A stretch of 64,000 bases of DNA from Callorhinchus milii. Lineage: Eukaryota. Under the pieces are notes generated by a model. The model had not been told where the DNA came from. It did not search any database and saw only the letters and a list, made by a program, of their open reading frames with translations. Positions 51,111 through 62,778 of the stretch are shown one piece after another. Position 1 is the stretch's first letter. Each line of letters opens with the position of its first letter. The DNA is taken from NCBI RefSeq assembly GCF_018977255.1, contig NW_024704742.1:103170001-103234000 (forward strand), in the 5' to 3' direction. Position numbers and translations under genes: made by a program.

Positions 51111-53767
51111 AAAGATTACTATTACTCCTGCAGAACATGCAACAGATTCTGAGTACGTGATTCAGCATGAAATATATCTCCTCCTCTATGAGCAGCAACT
51201 ATTCTGGGAATCAAGCCCAGTTCTGATGAAGTTAGGAGCAATTCCAAATATAATTAGTTCTCAGATTGGTAAAGAGCAAGAGTCTTTGCAAACTGTTTGG
51301 AGCAGTGGAATTTAAATGAGCTCTGGGTTTGAAGCACTGCCCGTGACAGCTGGGGAATAGGTCACAGTTGGGGAATTGGCACAGAATCCATGCAATGGAT
51401 TGCAATGGGCAACTGAGGTGCTTTGGGGAAACAGACAGGTATGAAGGAAGTAAGAGTATTAAGTGATATGGTGAAAAGGTGGGGTAAATGGGATTGGGAA
51501 ATTAGAGAAAATTAGATATTAGAAACTCATATAATGGCAGGGCAGGCTTGAAAAGACCGAATGATGTACTACTGCCCCTCTATTTACATGACAACAACAA
51601 AATTGCATGACCAGATCGCCCCAGGAGTTATGAGAAAGGAGAGTGTACTGTTAAGTGGAAAAATACCCCAATCTTGGGGCCGTTTAACTACTTTTATTTT
51701 TTCAGTTACTTCCATCTCTTTGCTGGATGATGTCATTGATTCATTTGCCCCTTGGGCGAAGAAAGATTGGGAGCCAGTGGAACAAGTACACGCAAAGCAA
51801 ACAAAAGGCCCATTTAACTCTTTAGGTTCAAAGTTTGTCTGAGTTTTGGGTTGGAATCTCTCAATGGTCATTGTATGAACCTTGTGCTCTGATAATGGAA
51901 TATATCTTTTAATACTTGTTCATATAAACATTCTGCAGCATCAACTGCTCGAGAAGCTACCCTGTATGAAGGATGCTATGTAAATGCAAGTTGTTATCAC
52001 AATATATGAAATTGGTCTGGTCCTATATTTTAAAGACTGTCAAATCAGAAGAGGTTTTCGGGAGGAATCTAAAGGCAGTGAATAGCAACTATTACTTTAT
52101 TTTAAGATGATAAAACCCCAGCAGCTTCTATTTCTAATGTGATGTAGAAAAGCCATGAAATTGATCATTTCAGGGTTTTAAGATTTTGTATTGGGTTTCC
52201 ATGATACTGAATTCTTTAGTAAATTGCTGTGGGTTTATCACTTGCTCTTTATTGAAGAAGTATGGCCCCATGAAGTAAACAAGCATCTTAATCCATCAAC
52301 AAGGAATTTCATTAGCTGCTCAAATAAAGCTGGTTCCTGTGTGCCTTTAAGACCTTAATACAGTGTGAAACCTTTCTCTTTAGGGTTTTGAAAACGTTGG
52401 TAGTTGGAATTCTTGTCTTCATATGCCACTATAGAGGGTTAAAGTGAATCTCTGGTACTGTGTTCCATGGTACAGTAATACACTATGGGACAACATGTGC
52501 AGCTTTCTTAAACAAGCAAGTGTAGGAATGTGGTGTCAGTGATCTGCCGCCATCCTGGATTGAGGTGACAGGTCACACTGTTTTGGACTCTTAGAGGGTC
52601 AGGTAACTATTGTTTTTTGTTTTCATACTTATTTTCTGTGTTAATTCTTTAGTTTAGGTGAATGAAAAAAATTATACAGCTCTCACCAAGACCCAGAAAA
52701 GTTTATTTTATAATTGAGCTTTCATTAGATTATTGATAATTCCTTGTATGAATTCAGACCTCAGATCAGAGGTTATGGTCGCCCCCTATTAAACATGTAA
52801 ACAAAGATAAGTAACTGTTCCAGGCATCAACCATCCAATGACTTGACATTTATTTCATGACTTGGTTGAGTTAGCCAGTAACCTGTGAAGTGATTCTTCT
52901 TGTTATAGTAGCCTTCCCGCTGGGTCTCATTTCATCACCTAATCCACAAAATGACAGTGAAATCTTTCAGACAATGATCCTGATTCTAGAAACCACTGAA
53001 CAAATTGCACAAAACAAATCAGCATTGTCATAGTAAGACCTCCGGAGATAGAGATCAGAGTTGAGAAAGAGCTCAAATTTAAAATGACACTGGAAATGGC
53101 ACCATAATGCCAAATAAATCCCTATGGATATAACGATTTCATTTTGTGGGACATTGCTGTGTGTAAATTGGCTGCTTTGTTCCCCTACAAAGTAAACAGG
53201 CACTACAGTAAATCATGTGAAAAGCTTTGAGACATTCTCCAGATGTGAAAAAAGCTATTCAAATGCAGTAATTATTATCATTATTACTGTTATTATTATA
53301 AAGGCAACATGCAGGAAGTCAGCTCCAAGGTGATCTCTGGTCAGAGTTGATTTCTCAGGGGTCGGCGTGATATGCAGCTGGTTCCCTGGAACTGTCACAC
53401 TTTATGTCCTGAAGTGCTTTTCCAATGAGGGCATTTTTAGCTATGTTGTCTTCTACTTCAATTATATCCCATCTCTCCTGAAAGTGTTGGCAGTCATGCT
53501 GGGCTACAGTTTCACAGGTGCTAGGCGCCTTCCAAAACCTTGTCTAATAGACTGTTCTTTACGTGTGAGGTCAGACAGCGAGTGCTTGCAGTGTCCAGCA
53601 ATTAGAAATGAGAATTGGTACTGACTAATGTATCCACTCCCCAAGCCCAGTAGTGCCAGTGCCAATTGCAATACACAATGCAATACAATTTACATTTATA
53701 AAGCATCTTCCACGTCCCAAGGACGTTGCTACCTGGCTGAGATAAGTTAACCCTGTAGAGACTAGAG

Positions 53768-55290
53768 TTTTTTTTGGTCAGTCGGAATCCCATCAACATG
53801 CTTAAGAGTATCCAAACCAAAGTGCAATTTCCATGCATCCCACCTACACATGGAAATCCCAGAGATAGATTGTTGGAATAAAATGCACACTCTCTCCTTG
53901 GAGGGAAGCATCCTGCTTACCTAATTCCTGAAAGTTTTAATTGCAGGTTGGCAAGAACCAAGGCTTGGGGACCCCAGAGAGTGTGTTGGTGTACTGCTGG
54001 AGTCTAACCAACTAAAACCGCATAGCTTGCCACTGATATTGCTGTCTGGCAAGCTTTCCCGTTGCTTGTCCAGCTAGGACCACCCTACCCATTATGGTTT
54101 TTGCCTGCCTGCCCGTACCCTCCATTCCTCTGGCTCCGGTCTGCTCCACATCCCCCGCCCCAACCGCCCTACTATCGGTGGCCGGGCCTTCAGCCTCTCA
54201 GCCCCTAGGCTCTGGAACTCCATCCCCCAGTGCCTTTGCCTTGCCTCCTCCCTTTCCTCCTTCAAGGCCGGTCTCAAGACCTTTCTCTTTGACCGTGCCT
54301 TCAGCTCCCCTCTCGACTCTCTACCCCCTCCTCGCTCCCTCCCTTCCCTCCCCTCACCCTGACCATTCCCCCTTGCTCGGGTCCTGACCCAACTGTACAG
54401 CGCCTTGGGACGTCCTCCCGACGTGAAAGGCACTCAATAAATGGAATCTTGTTGTTGTTGTTGTTGCAGGGTTAACAGGAGCTGAGTGATTAGTCTGCCC
54501 TTCCAAGTCCTATCGATGAGCCAGACTGACTGTGCTGTCACCAACAGTGCCCTGGATTACCGCAAACCCGCCTGGCTTAGCAACCAGACAACCGAGACCG
54601 CCACACAGGGCTGGCTCGATTCCGTTGCCAGGCAGGTCACCTGGAGCCAGTTGGAGCTCCAACGAGATCCCAATTACCTCCCTACCCGCCCCCACGCGGA
54701 GAATAGTAACTTGTTGGTTGTTGGTTGTTCGACATCCAACAAGTGCGGGTTTGAGCTCTCACTAGGTGGATGGTAGGTACAAGGAACTCCCTGCGAGCTT
54801 CCTGGTGGGCAACGCATCTCAGCAAGAAATAGGTGAGAGCATTACCACCGTCTTCCTGTCCGCAGCTCGGGCGTACATCATAGAATCATAGACATCCCTT
54901 CTCATTGAGCAATGGTTCCACCAATTGGAGGTGCAGAGTTTAAGCAGTAGCTGCTGCCTCTCTGCAGGCCAATCAAGGTGGATTCCAGGCACTGGACGTA
55001 TGAACATGTGTTCACTAACTCCGACTCCAGGTAAAGCCTTCCAGCAGCTGTCACCTCAAGCCTCAGAGTTTCCTCAACAGCTATCTGGCGGGCATCTGCC
55101 TTCAATGTGGTGGGAGGACCTTTGCAGGACAGCTTGTGATGTGCAAGCCACCTTGATGTTCTTGACGTCCAAGTCCAATGCCGTGTACCAGTTTACTCAG
55201 CACCAGCTGCTCAATCTAGGTCCTCATCCTAGGGGCCTTGGCAAATAGACATGCCCGCTGTGAAGCTGACACCACCTCCAGGGTGCTTAG
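53768..55290 (-). mobile_element. Decayed poly(A)-tailed non-LTR retroelement with C-terminal zinc-knuckle remnant (RTE-X/Crack-like?)
   Basis: Minus-strand peptide DVRPSCGQEDGGNALTYFLLRCVAHQEARREFL at ~54783-54879; element ends ...ctgaccaaaaaaaa; its 3' region recurs at several other loci. Confidence 0.6.
54102..54466 (+). mobile_element. Young L2 3' end inserted into an older LINE
   Basis: Nearly identical to 59755-60100; ends in (TTG)n. Confidence 0.92.
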
Positions 55291-56339
55291 CAACAGTTCA
55301 GTATAGGCTAGAGATCAAACCTGAGGTCTGACCTCAATGCTTCAATTTTACATTGAGCTTTACCTACTGAGCCATCAAAAGAGTATTAATGAAATGTAAT
55401 TTCAGATAAGACTGAACGCCAGCTTAATCAAGATGAGACATGTTTCAACAACAACAACAACAACAAAATTCCATTTGTATAGCGCCTTTCACGTCGGGAG
55501 GATGTCCCAGGGCGCTAGACAGTCAGAGTTATGGACTCGAGATGGGGGTAGGGGTGGGGGAGGGTGGAGGGCAGGGGGAGAAGCAGGGAGATCGATCGTG
55601 ATGCCCACAGAAACAAGCTATACTTTTTCACATAATTGCTTTTTCAACCACATTGTCGGTCACTTCATAAAGCGACAATAAGTGTGACAATTGAATTTCC
55701 TTCAGTATTAAGGAGTGCCAACATTTTTATGACATGAGATGTAATTCCATTAGGATTACATGTGAAGAGGAAAACTGATGTGTTTGATTAGCATGCCCAT
55801 CTCATTCCAGTTGAGTTAGTTACATTGTAAGAGAAAAAGTGACCCATGTTCAGCACCACACCCCTTCCACAAAAGGTTCCTAATTGAAACATGTTCCTTT
55901 TCAGTTATTGAGAAGACAACCAACAGGGCCCCCTAGTGGTGGATATCTAGAGCCAGGTATGGGCCTCCAGCTCAGATTTAAGGAAGAATGGATGTGAGAG
56001 TCTTGCAAATGACTTGACAGGGAGGAACGAGCATTGTTTGAAATCCATGAGAAAGGGATTCTATTCGTGATTTCCTGCTGAATCTGTGTGGCAAAAATTA
56101 GTTGCCTTGTGTGTTTTTGTGCTAATCTATTTACGTTGAACATGCAGAATTTTCTAGGCAAAATGTTTGCAAAATAATCACCCCATTCCTAATAATAATC
56201 CTTACATTTGATATACTGTAACACCTTTCACAGCAGGAGGATATCTCAAAGCGCTTTACAGGAGTCATTGTAAAGAATGGTCACTGTGAGATGCTACCCT
56301 ATGAAAAGGGCGCTATGTAAGTGTCAGTTGTTGTACATT

Positions 56340-56720
56340 TTTGTAGGTGAATGCGATAACCAATTTACACACAGCATTGGTCTACAAACAGCCATGAAGT
56401 GAACGAGTAATTTTTATTTGAGGGTTTTTTGTCCCAAGATACTGGGAGAAATGTCCTTTTTTTCAAATAATGCCATGGGATCTTTAACATCTACCTGAAG
56501 AAGCAGACAGGACTTTGGTTTAGTTAAAGTTTGGTTAAGCATTCCGAGACGCCGTACGGTGTGAAGGACGCTAGATAAATGCAAGTTGTTGTTGTAGCAT
56601 TTCATCCAAAGGATGACACCTCCAACAATGAAGCACACCCCAGCACGATTGGAGCATCAGCCTAGGCTGTGAGATGAAAATTCTTATTTAGGGCTTGAAC
56701 CTACAACCTTCTTACTCGGA
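56340..56720 (-). mobile_element. DeuSINE-like family B with an inserted L2 tail (~56545-56597)
   Basis: Reverse complement of atgttaaagatcccatggcattatttgaa and of the head. Confidence 0.7.
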
Positions 56721-57139
56721 GGCCTTTTGAAGAGTCTCACCTGATTCATAAATAACTCACTTTCCCTCTGTGTTCCCTCTGAGGGAGTGGCTGGTCTGCT
56801 CCTGGCATCTCCTCTAATGATTTTTGGACTGAGATCACAGGTTCAGGCAGTGCAACCCAACCCTTTGTGTTGCCTGTGAAGGAGGAGAGGAACAGGAAGA
56901 TGAAAGACTTCACAGAAAGTTCCCAGGACACCCATTTATGATCTGCCACACCCAGCAAGTTTATAATTTCCTTTTAAATATCTCTTTAGTCTGTCACCCT
57001 GCTCTTTCTTGCTTCAGTGAACATGGTTAATATAATTATAATAATTATTATTTCATATAGTGCCTTATTACATCGTCGAGACATCTCAAAGCGGTTCACA
57101 GGATATACTGCAAAGTGGATTGACTGTGTCTTTTAATTA

Positions 57140-57920
57140 AACAACAACAAATGTAATTTATATAGCATCTTTCACGGCAGGAGGATGTCCCAAGGTGCTG
57201 GACAGTGAAGGTTTGCATCTGAGCTCAAGGTTGGAGTTAAGCGGGGTGGAGGGTTAGTGGGCTGGGGGTCAAAGAATGACCAAAGGCATGGTCAAAAAGA
57301 GAGGCCTTGAGACTTGAAGGGCCTTGAAGGAAGCAAGGAAGGGGGTGAGGCGGAGGGATTCCGGGATGGAGGGAGCTAAAAGGCAGAGGGTCCAATGGTG
57401 AAGTGGGCATGGTGGTGAATATGGAGCAGGCCAATGCCCGGGGAGTCCTTCCAGTAATGAAAGTACATCCCCCAAGTCTCACTGACCTATGGGAGCTCCA
57501 CTGCAAAAGTGGATCCCTTTGGAATGGAATTTGCATAATTCCTGCCTGGACTATTCAAATGCCTCCTTGCTGATCTCCTTGCTCCACTATCCATAAACTT
57601 CAATTTATTCAAAGCTCTGTTGCTTGAATTCTTACCCACACTATGCCTGCCCATCACCAGTCTTCACTGGCTCCTCATCTCCTAATGGATCGATTTCAAG
57701 GTCCTCACCCATCGAAAGATCCCTTCACATCCAAGCACCTCTATAGCTCTGATTTTCTCCCAACCACACACCTCTGCTCACCCCTCTGCTCAGCTAACTC
57801 AAGCTTGCTATGTATTCCTCATCCATTCTACGCCACCATTGGTCATATGGTAGCCTCCCATTCATTCACCCAGTATCAGAAGCTGTCATTGTAAAGTGCT
57901 CTGGAGCATTATCCTATATA
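57140..57920. mobile_element. Two old L2 3' remnants in opposite orientation (57140-57450 -, 57540-57920 +)
   Basis: Tail motif ggaggatgtcccaaggtgc on minus; ctggactattcaaatgcc...cttcactggctcc on plus. Confidence 0.65.
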
Positions 57921-58065
57921 AATCCAATTTGATGTCTTTGCTATTGTACTTGAGAATTTCAGATCAATGGTAAATCACGATGGAAATAACCACATGTAAA
58001 ACCCCAGTGGCACATGTTTGATCATTTTGTACCTGCCAACTTTTTACGAGTTATTATCCATAGAT

Positions 58066-58122
58066 GTCAGCCTGTCTCAGTTGATAGCACTCTCACCTCT
58101 GAGTCAGTAAGTTGTGGGTTCA
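58066..58122 (+). mobile_element. DeuSINE-like family B head (rest at 60148-60500)
   Basis: tcagcctgtctcagttgatagcactctcacctctgagtcagtaagttgtgggttca, cut off by an L2 tail. Confidence 0.75.
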
Positions 58123-58330
58123 ACAACAACAACAACAAAATTAGATTTGTAAAGCGCCTTTCACTTCGAGAGAACGTCCCAAGGCACTATACAGACAGAA
58201 TTACGGACTCGAGCTAGGGGGAGGGTGGAGGGCAGGTGGGGAAGCAGGGAGATCGAAACCACAGTCGAAGAGGAGGGTCTTGAGGTGGGTCTTGAAGGTG
58301 GCGAGGGAGGAGGTGAGACGGAGGGACTTC
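58123..58330 (-). mobile_element. L2 3' end (continues at ~60109-60135)
   Basis: (caa)n tail, gcgcctttcac...cgtcccaaggc, gaggagggtcttgag. Confidence 0.85.
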
Positions 58331-60108
58331 CCTTCCAACATCCACCCACCACCCACCCCTTCCCTCCCACACTCCGACTCCTACCCATCCTCCCCTACAC
58401 ACCTTCATACCCGTTTCCCCACCCTCTGGCACCAAACTCATCCTATCCCTTAAACCCACCACCTGCTCCCTTGACCCCATCCCCACTCCACTCCTTATCT
58501 CCCAGCTCCACCTCCTTGCCCCACATATCACAGACATCGTCAACCTGTCCCTCTCCTCTGGCTCTATTCCCATTCCCTTAAAAACTGCCACCATCACTCC
58601 CACCTTAAAAAAACCCTCCCTTGATGCGTCGCAGCTATCAAGCTACCGGCCCATCTCCAACCTCCGCTTCCTGTCCAAGGTCCTGGAACAAGTTGTCGCC
58701 TCCCAGCTGCGCTCTTTCCTCTCCAACCATTCACTATTCGAACCCCTTCAGTCGGGTTTCCGTGCTGCCCATAGCACAGAAACTGCCCTGGTCAAGGTCA
58801 CCAATGACATCCTGACCATCTGTGACCAGAGCTCCCTCTGCCTCCTCGACCTATCGGCAGCATTCGATACGGTCGACCATATCCTCCTCCACCGCCTGTC
58901 CTCCCACCTAAACCTTCAAGGCCCTGTCCTTGAGTGGTTTAGGTCGTACCTCTCCCAACGTCTCCACTTTGTCTCCACAAATGGTTTTTCCTCCGGCCCC
59001 CGCACTGTCTCGTGCGGTGTCCCTCAAGGCTCTGTCCTCGGTCCCCTCCTCTTCACCCTCTATATGCTCCCCCTTGGTGACATCATCCGCAGACATGGGG
59101 TTAACTTCCACATGTATGCAGATGACACCCAACTCTACCTTTCCTCTTCTACCCTCAACTCCACGACCACCGATGTCCTGACAGCTGCCTGTCCGACATC
59201 GAGTCCTGGACGAGAGATAACTTTCTCGAGCTCAACGTGCGCAAAACTGAGGCCCTCCTGATTGGCTCGCATCAGCGCCTCCGCACCTCAGGCGCTGACA
59301 GCATCAGCATCCAAGGCTGCACTCTCCACCTCTCAAAGCCGGTCAGGAACCTCGGGGTTCTGTTTGACCCTGAGCTGTCCTTTCTCCCTCATATCCGCGC
59401 CACAACTGGCACCGCCTTCCATCACCTCCGGAATGTCTCCAGACGACGGCATTACCTCACCCCTCACGCGGCTGAATCACTGGTCCACGCCTTTATCACC
59501 TCAAGGCTGGACTATGGGAACTCTCTCCTCGCCGGCCTTCACGGCACCTCCCTCCACAAGCTGCAGGTCATTCAGAACTCTGCAGCTCGTGTACTGTCCC
59601 GCACCAGGCTTCGGGACCACATCACTCCCACCCTCGCTCGCCTCCACTGGCTCCCCATCCCCCAGAGGATCGAATTCAAGATCCTCACCCTCACCTACAA
59701 GGCCATTCACGGCCTCGCTCCCTCCTACCTCTCCGACCTACTATCCCCCTACCTACCTGCCCGTACCCTCCATTCCTCTGGTTCCGGTCTGCTCCACATC
59801 CCCCGCCCCGAACGCCCTACCATCGGTGGCCGGGCCTTCAGCCTCTCAGCCCCTAGGCTCTGGAACTCCATCCCCCAGTGCCTTCGCCGCCTCCTCCCTT
59901 TCCTCCTTCAAGGCCGGTCTCAAGACCTTTCTCTTTGACCGTGCCTTCAACTCCCCTCTCGACTCTCTACCCCCTCCTCGCTCCCTCCCTTCCCTCCCCT
60001 CACCCTGACCATTTCCCCCCTGCTCGGGTCCTGACCCAACTGTCCAGCGCCTTGGGACGTCCTCCCAACGTGAAAGACGCTCAATAAATGGAATCTTGTC
60101 TTGTCTTG
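58331..60108 (+). mobile_element. L2 LINE, ~1.8 kb 5'-truncated, reverse transcriptase pseudogene
   Basis: [71 protein letters not shown] motifs across frameshifts. Confidence 0.96.
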
Positions 60109-60147
60109 TGGGATGGAGTTCCAGAGGGTGGTCCACGTCAGCATTGT

Positions 60148-60500
60148 GAACTCACAGCCTATGCTGACATTCTAGTGAAATGTCAGGGTGTGCTTTTCTG
60201 CATTGGTCCAAATGCCTTCCTTCAGATGAACGTAAAAATGAGGTCCCATCTGCCTGTTCAGGTGGACATTAAAAATCCCATGGACTATTTGAAAAGAGAA
60301 GGGAATTTCTCCCAGTGATCTGGTCATCAATCCCCAGATAAAATTAATCATTCACTTCATAGCTGTTTGTGTGACATTGGTTGCTGCATTGTCCTACAAA
60401 AATACACATCCAATTGCACTTTACAGTGAGTGCTGTGAAACTTTCTGAGACTTCCTCCAGACGTGAAAGTTGCTGCATCAATTGCAAAGACCATTATTTT
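60148..60500 (+). mobile_element. DeuSINE-like family B body and tail
   Basis: tgaggtcccatctgcctgttcaggtggacattaaaaatcccatggactatttgaaaagagaaggga. Confidence 0.78.
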
Positions 60501-60889
60501 TTATTATTGTTACTTTATTTTGTGTCTTTCCACCATTACTGGCTTACTCAGTTGGCAGTGTTAGTTGCTGAACCGGAGTTCAGTACTGCTTCCTTCCACT
60601 CCAGTGAACAAAAACAAGGCAACGTTATGAATAGGCAAAACTATCCAAATAGCACAGCATGGTCTCTGGAACCAAGTGAGGTTTAACGGCCCCTCTTGAG
60701 GCCAGTGATAACTATTAACTTCTTAAGATGGTCTGAGATTTGGAAACAGCCAATGTAAAGAATATCTGAAAATAACTGATTTTGACCTAATTTGGTTGAT
60801 GTGATAACTTTCACCGGTGATAACATCACATGTTGCATTTTTCATCCTCCAAAACCAACTGATGATTCTCTTTTTGTTTTGTTACCCAG

Positions 60890-61187
60890 TTCTTAGGTTT
60901 CTGTTTGACGAAAGATGTGGTTACAACTGTGACCGCCTGGTGCTGAGCAAACAGCGAGACTCTGTGGAGAGCGTGGCTGGTCTTCCCCTGCTGCTGGGTG
61001 CGGAGCGCATTGTCGTGGGAAGCTACATGTCCCTGGATTTCATTATCGGGGATACAGGAGTGACAAAAGGCAAATACTACTGGGCCTTCCAGGTGGAGTC
61101 CTTTGCGTACCTGGTGAAGGTTGGTGTGGCGTCCGATGCAAAACTGCAGGAGTGGTTTCACAGTCCGAGAGATATCAACAGTCCCAG
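60890..61187 (+). CDS. TRIM36: TRIM36 exon 9, first half of B30.2/SPRY (gene continues beyond window)
   Basis: cccag|TT; (V)LRFLFDERCGYNCDRLVL...SLDFIIGDTGVTKGKYYWAFQVESFAYLVKVGVAS...SPRDINSP; donor CAG|GTTGGT, phase 2. The terminal exon was not found before 64000. Confidence 0.96.
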
Positions 61188-61577
61188 GTTGGTGCTCCAT
61201 CGCCTAATAAGGCTACTGCTGTCACAACTCTCTCTCCTCAATGTTCCTGAAACATCTTGTGGAGATTTGGTACAGTCTGATTTTCAGCTTTATTCCGCAC
61301 ATTATTTTCACATCGGCTGCCTTCAGAAGCCAAACTCTCTTAAAAACCTCTCTCTTTGACTGTGTTTATAGTCAATATCCTCAAGATTCCCTCTTTTCTG
61401 ATCATATCGATTTCTTTATAAAGTTCCAATGCAGGGTTTGAACTCGCAAACCTCAAAGGAGAAAGTAGAAGAGATTTAAGGGTGTTAGTTGACTCATTGC
61501 TCACTATGTCAAAACAGTGTGAGGCTGCAATAAACAAGTCAAACAGGATCCGGGGATATATTGCCAAACTACTGTAG

Positions 61578-61870
61578 TTATAATAATAATAACGATAATA
61601 ATAATAATCCTTGCATTTGATATAGTGCTTTTCACGTCGGGAGGATGTCCCAAAGCGCTTCACAGAACACACTGTAAAGTGAATTGACTGTATATTTGTG
61701 GGTGAACACGGCAGCCAATTGCGCACAGCAATGTCCCACAAACAGTCGTAGATTGAAAATGACCAATTTATTATTGGTTTTGGTTTTGGAGGGATTATTA
61801 TTAGGCGTGTGGAGTAAGGAAACTTGCCCAAGGTTTCGCCCTGCCTGGAATTGAACTCAGATCTCTCTCG
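61578..61870 (-). mobile_element. SINE family A, slightly 5'-truncated
   Basis: Near-identical to 62452-62778. Confidence 0.9.
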
Positions 61871-62451
61871 TAGTTGAATTCAGATCCCTAGAACTTAAGC
61901 TGTACAGTGTCCTGGTCAAAGCACATTTAGAGTAATGCATTCAATTTGGTCACTGGGACGTAGAGCGAGGGCTGTTAGAGGAATGAGCTGTGAGCAACAA
62001 CAATAACAACTTGCATTTATATAGTATCCTTCACACGGGGTAGGGTCCCAGAGCACTTGACAGTGGCGAAGTCTGACCCCGAGCCAGGGAAGGGGGAGGT
62101 GACCATAAGCCCGATCAAAAAAGAAGGTCTTTAGGGGGGATTTTCACCCCACCGAGACAGTAGAACAGTGATGGTCAATCTTTAGGTTCAGCCAACAAAA
62201 TGATTTTTCTTGGTTGAATATCATTTGATTTATGCCACAAATCAAGAAATATTCAATCATGAAGAAATGGAAACACCGTACCAATTGAACATGAACTTAT
62301 GGCAACTCGTGCGAATGTTCAGGTGGGCACTCTTGACAGCTCTGCGGGCCACAGTTTGGCTACCACTTCATTAGAACAAGACAACATAGATTTAAGGTTG
62401 CAAAGGGCAATTTCAGGACAGATACCTGGCAGTGTTTCTTTACCCAAAGGA

Positions 62452-62778
62452 TAATAATAATAATAATAATAATAATCCTTGCATTTGATATAGCGCTTTT
62501 CACGTCGGGAGGACGTCCCAAAGCGCTTCACAGAACACACTGCAAAGTGAATTGACTGTTTATTTGTGGGCGAACGCGGCAGCCAATTGCGCACAGCAAT
62601 GTCCCACAAACAGTCGTAGATTAAAAATGACCAATTTTATTATTGTTTTTGGTTTTGGAGGGATTATTATTAGGCGTGTGGAGTAAGGAAACTTGCCCAA
62701 GGTTTCGCCCTGCCTGGAATTGAACTCAAGTCTCTCGCTTGCAAAGCGAGTGCTCTAACCACTGAGCTACAGGACTCC
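62452..62778 (-). mobile_element. SINE family A, full length, young copy
   Basis: Intact A/B boxes, anticodon-like arm CTCGC-TTTGCAA-GCGAG, long (TTA)n tail. Confidence 0.92.

Noticed and set aside
52595..52602. 8-nt microexon ttag|agggtcag|gtaact
   Set aside because: Frameshifting, with a modest donor and no other support.
55849..55870. REST/NRSE site (TTCAGCACCAC...)
   Set aside because: Only the left half matches; the GGACAG half is missing.
6946..61187. Assignment to TRIM46 or MID1/TRIM9
   Set aside because: IKNIERELICP.CKELFTHPLILPCQHS and KETDQSCFVQTAKQLH match TRIM36 as I recall it, not TRIM46 (MKNMEKELLCPVC).
62700..62778. tRNA-Ala(TGC) gene (also at ~3960-4031, 23790-23858, 38185-38258)
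   Set aside because: The acceptor stem does not close properly and each copy continues into a SINE body and tail; these are SINE heads.
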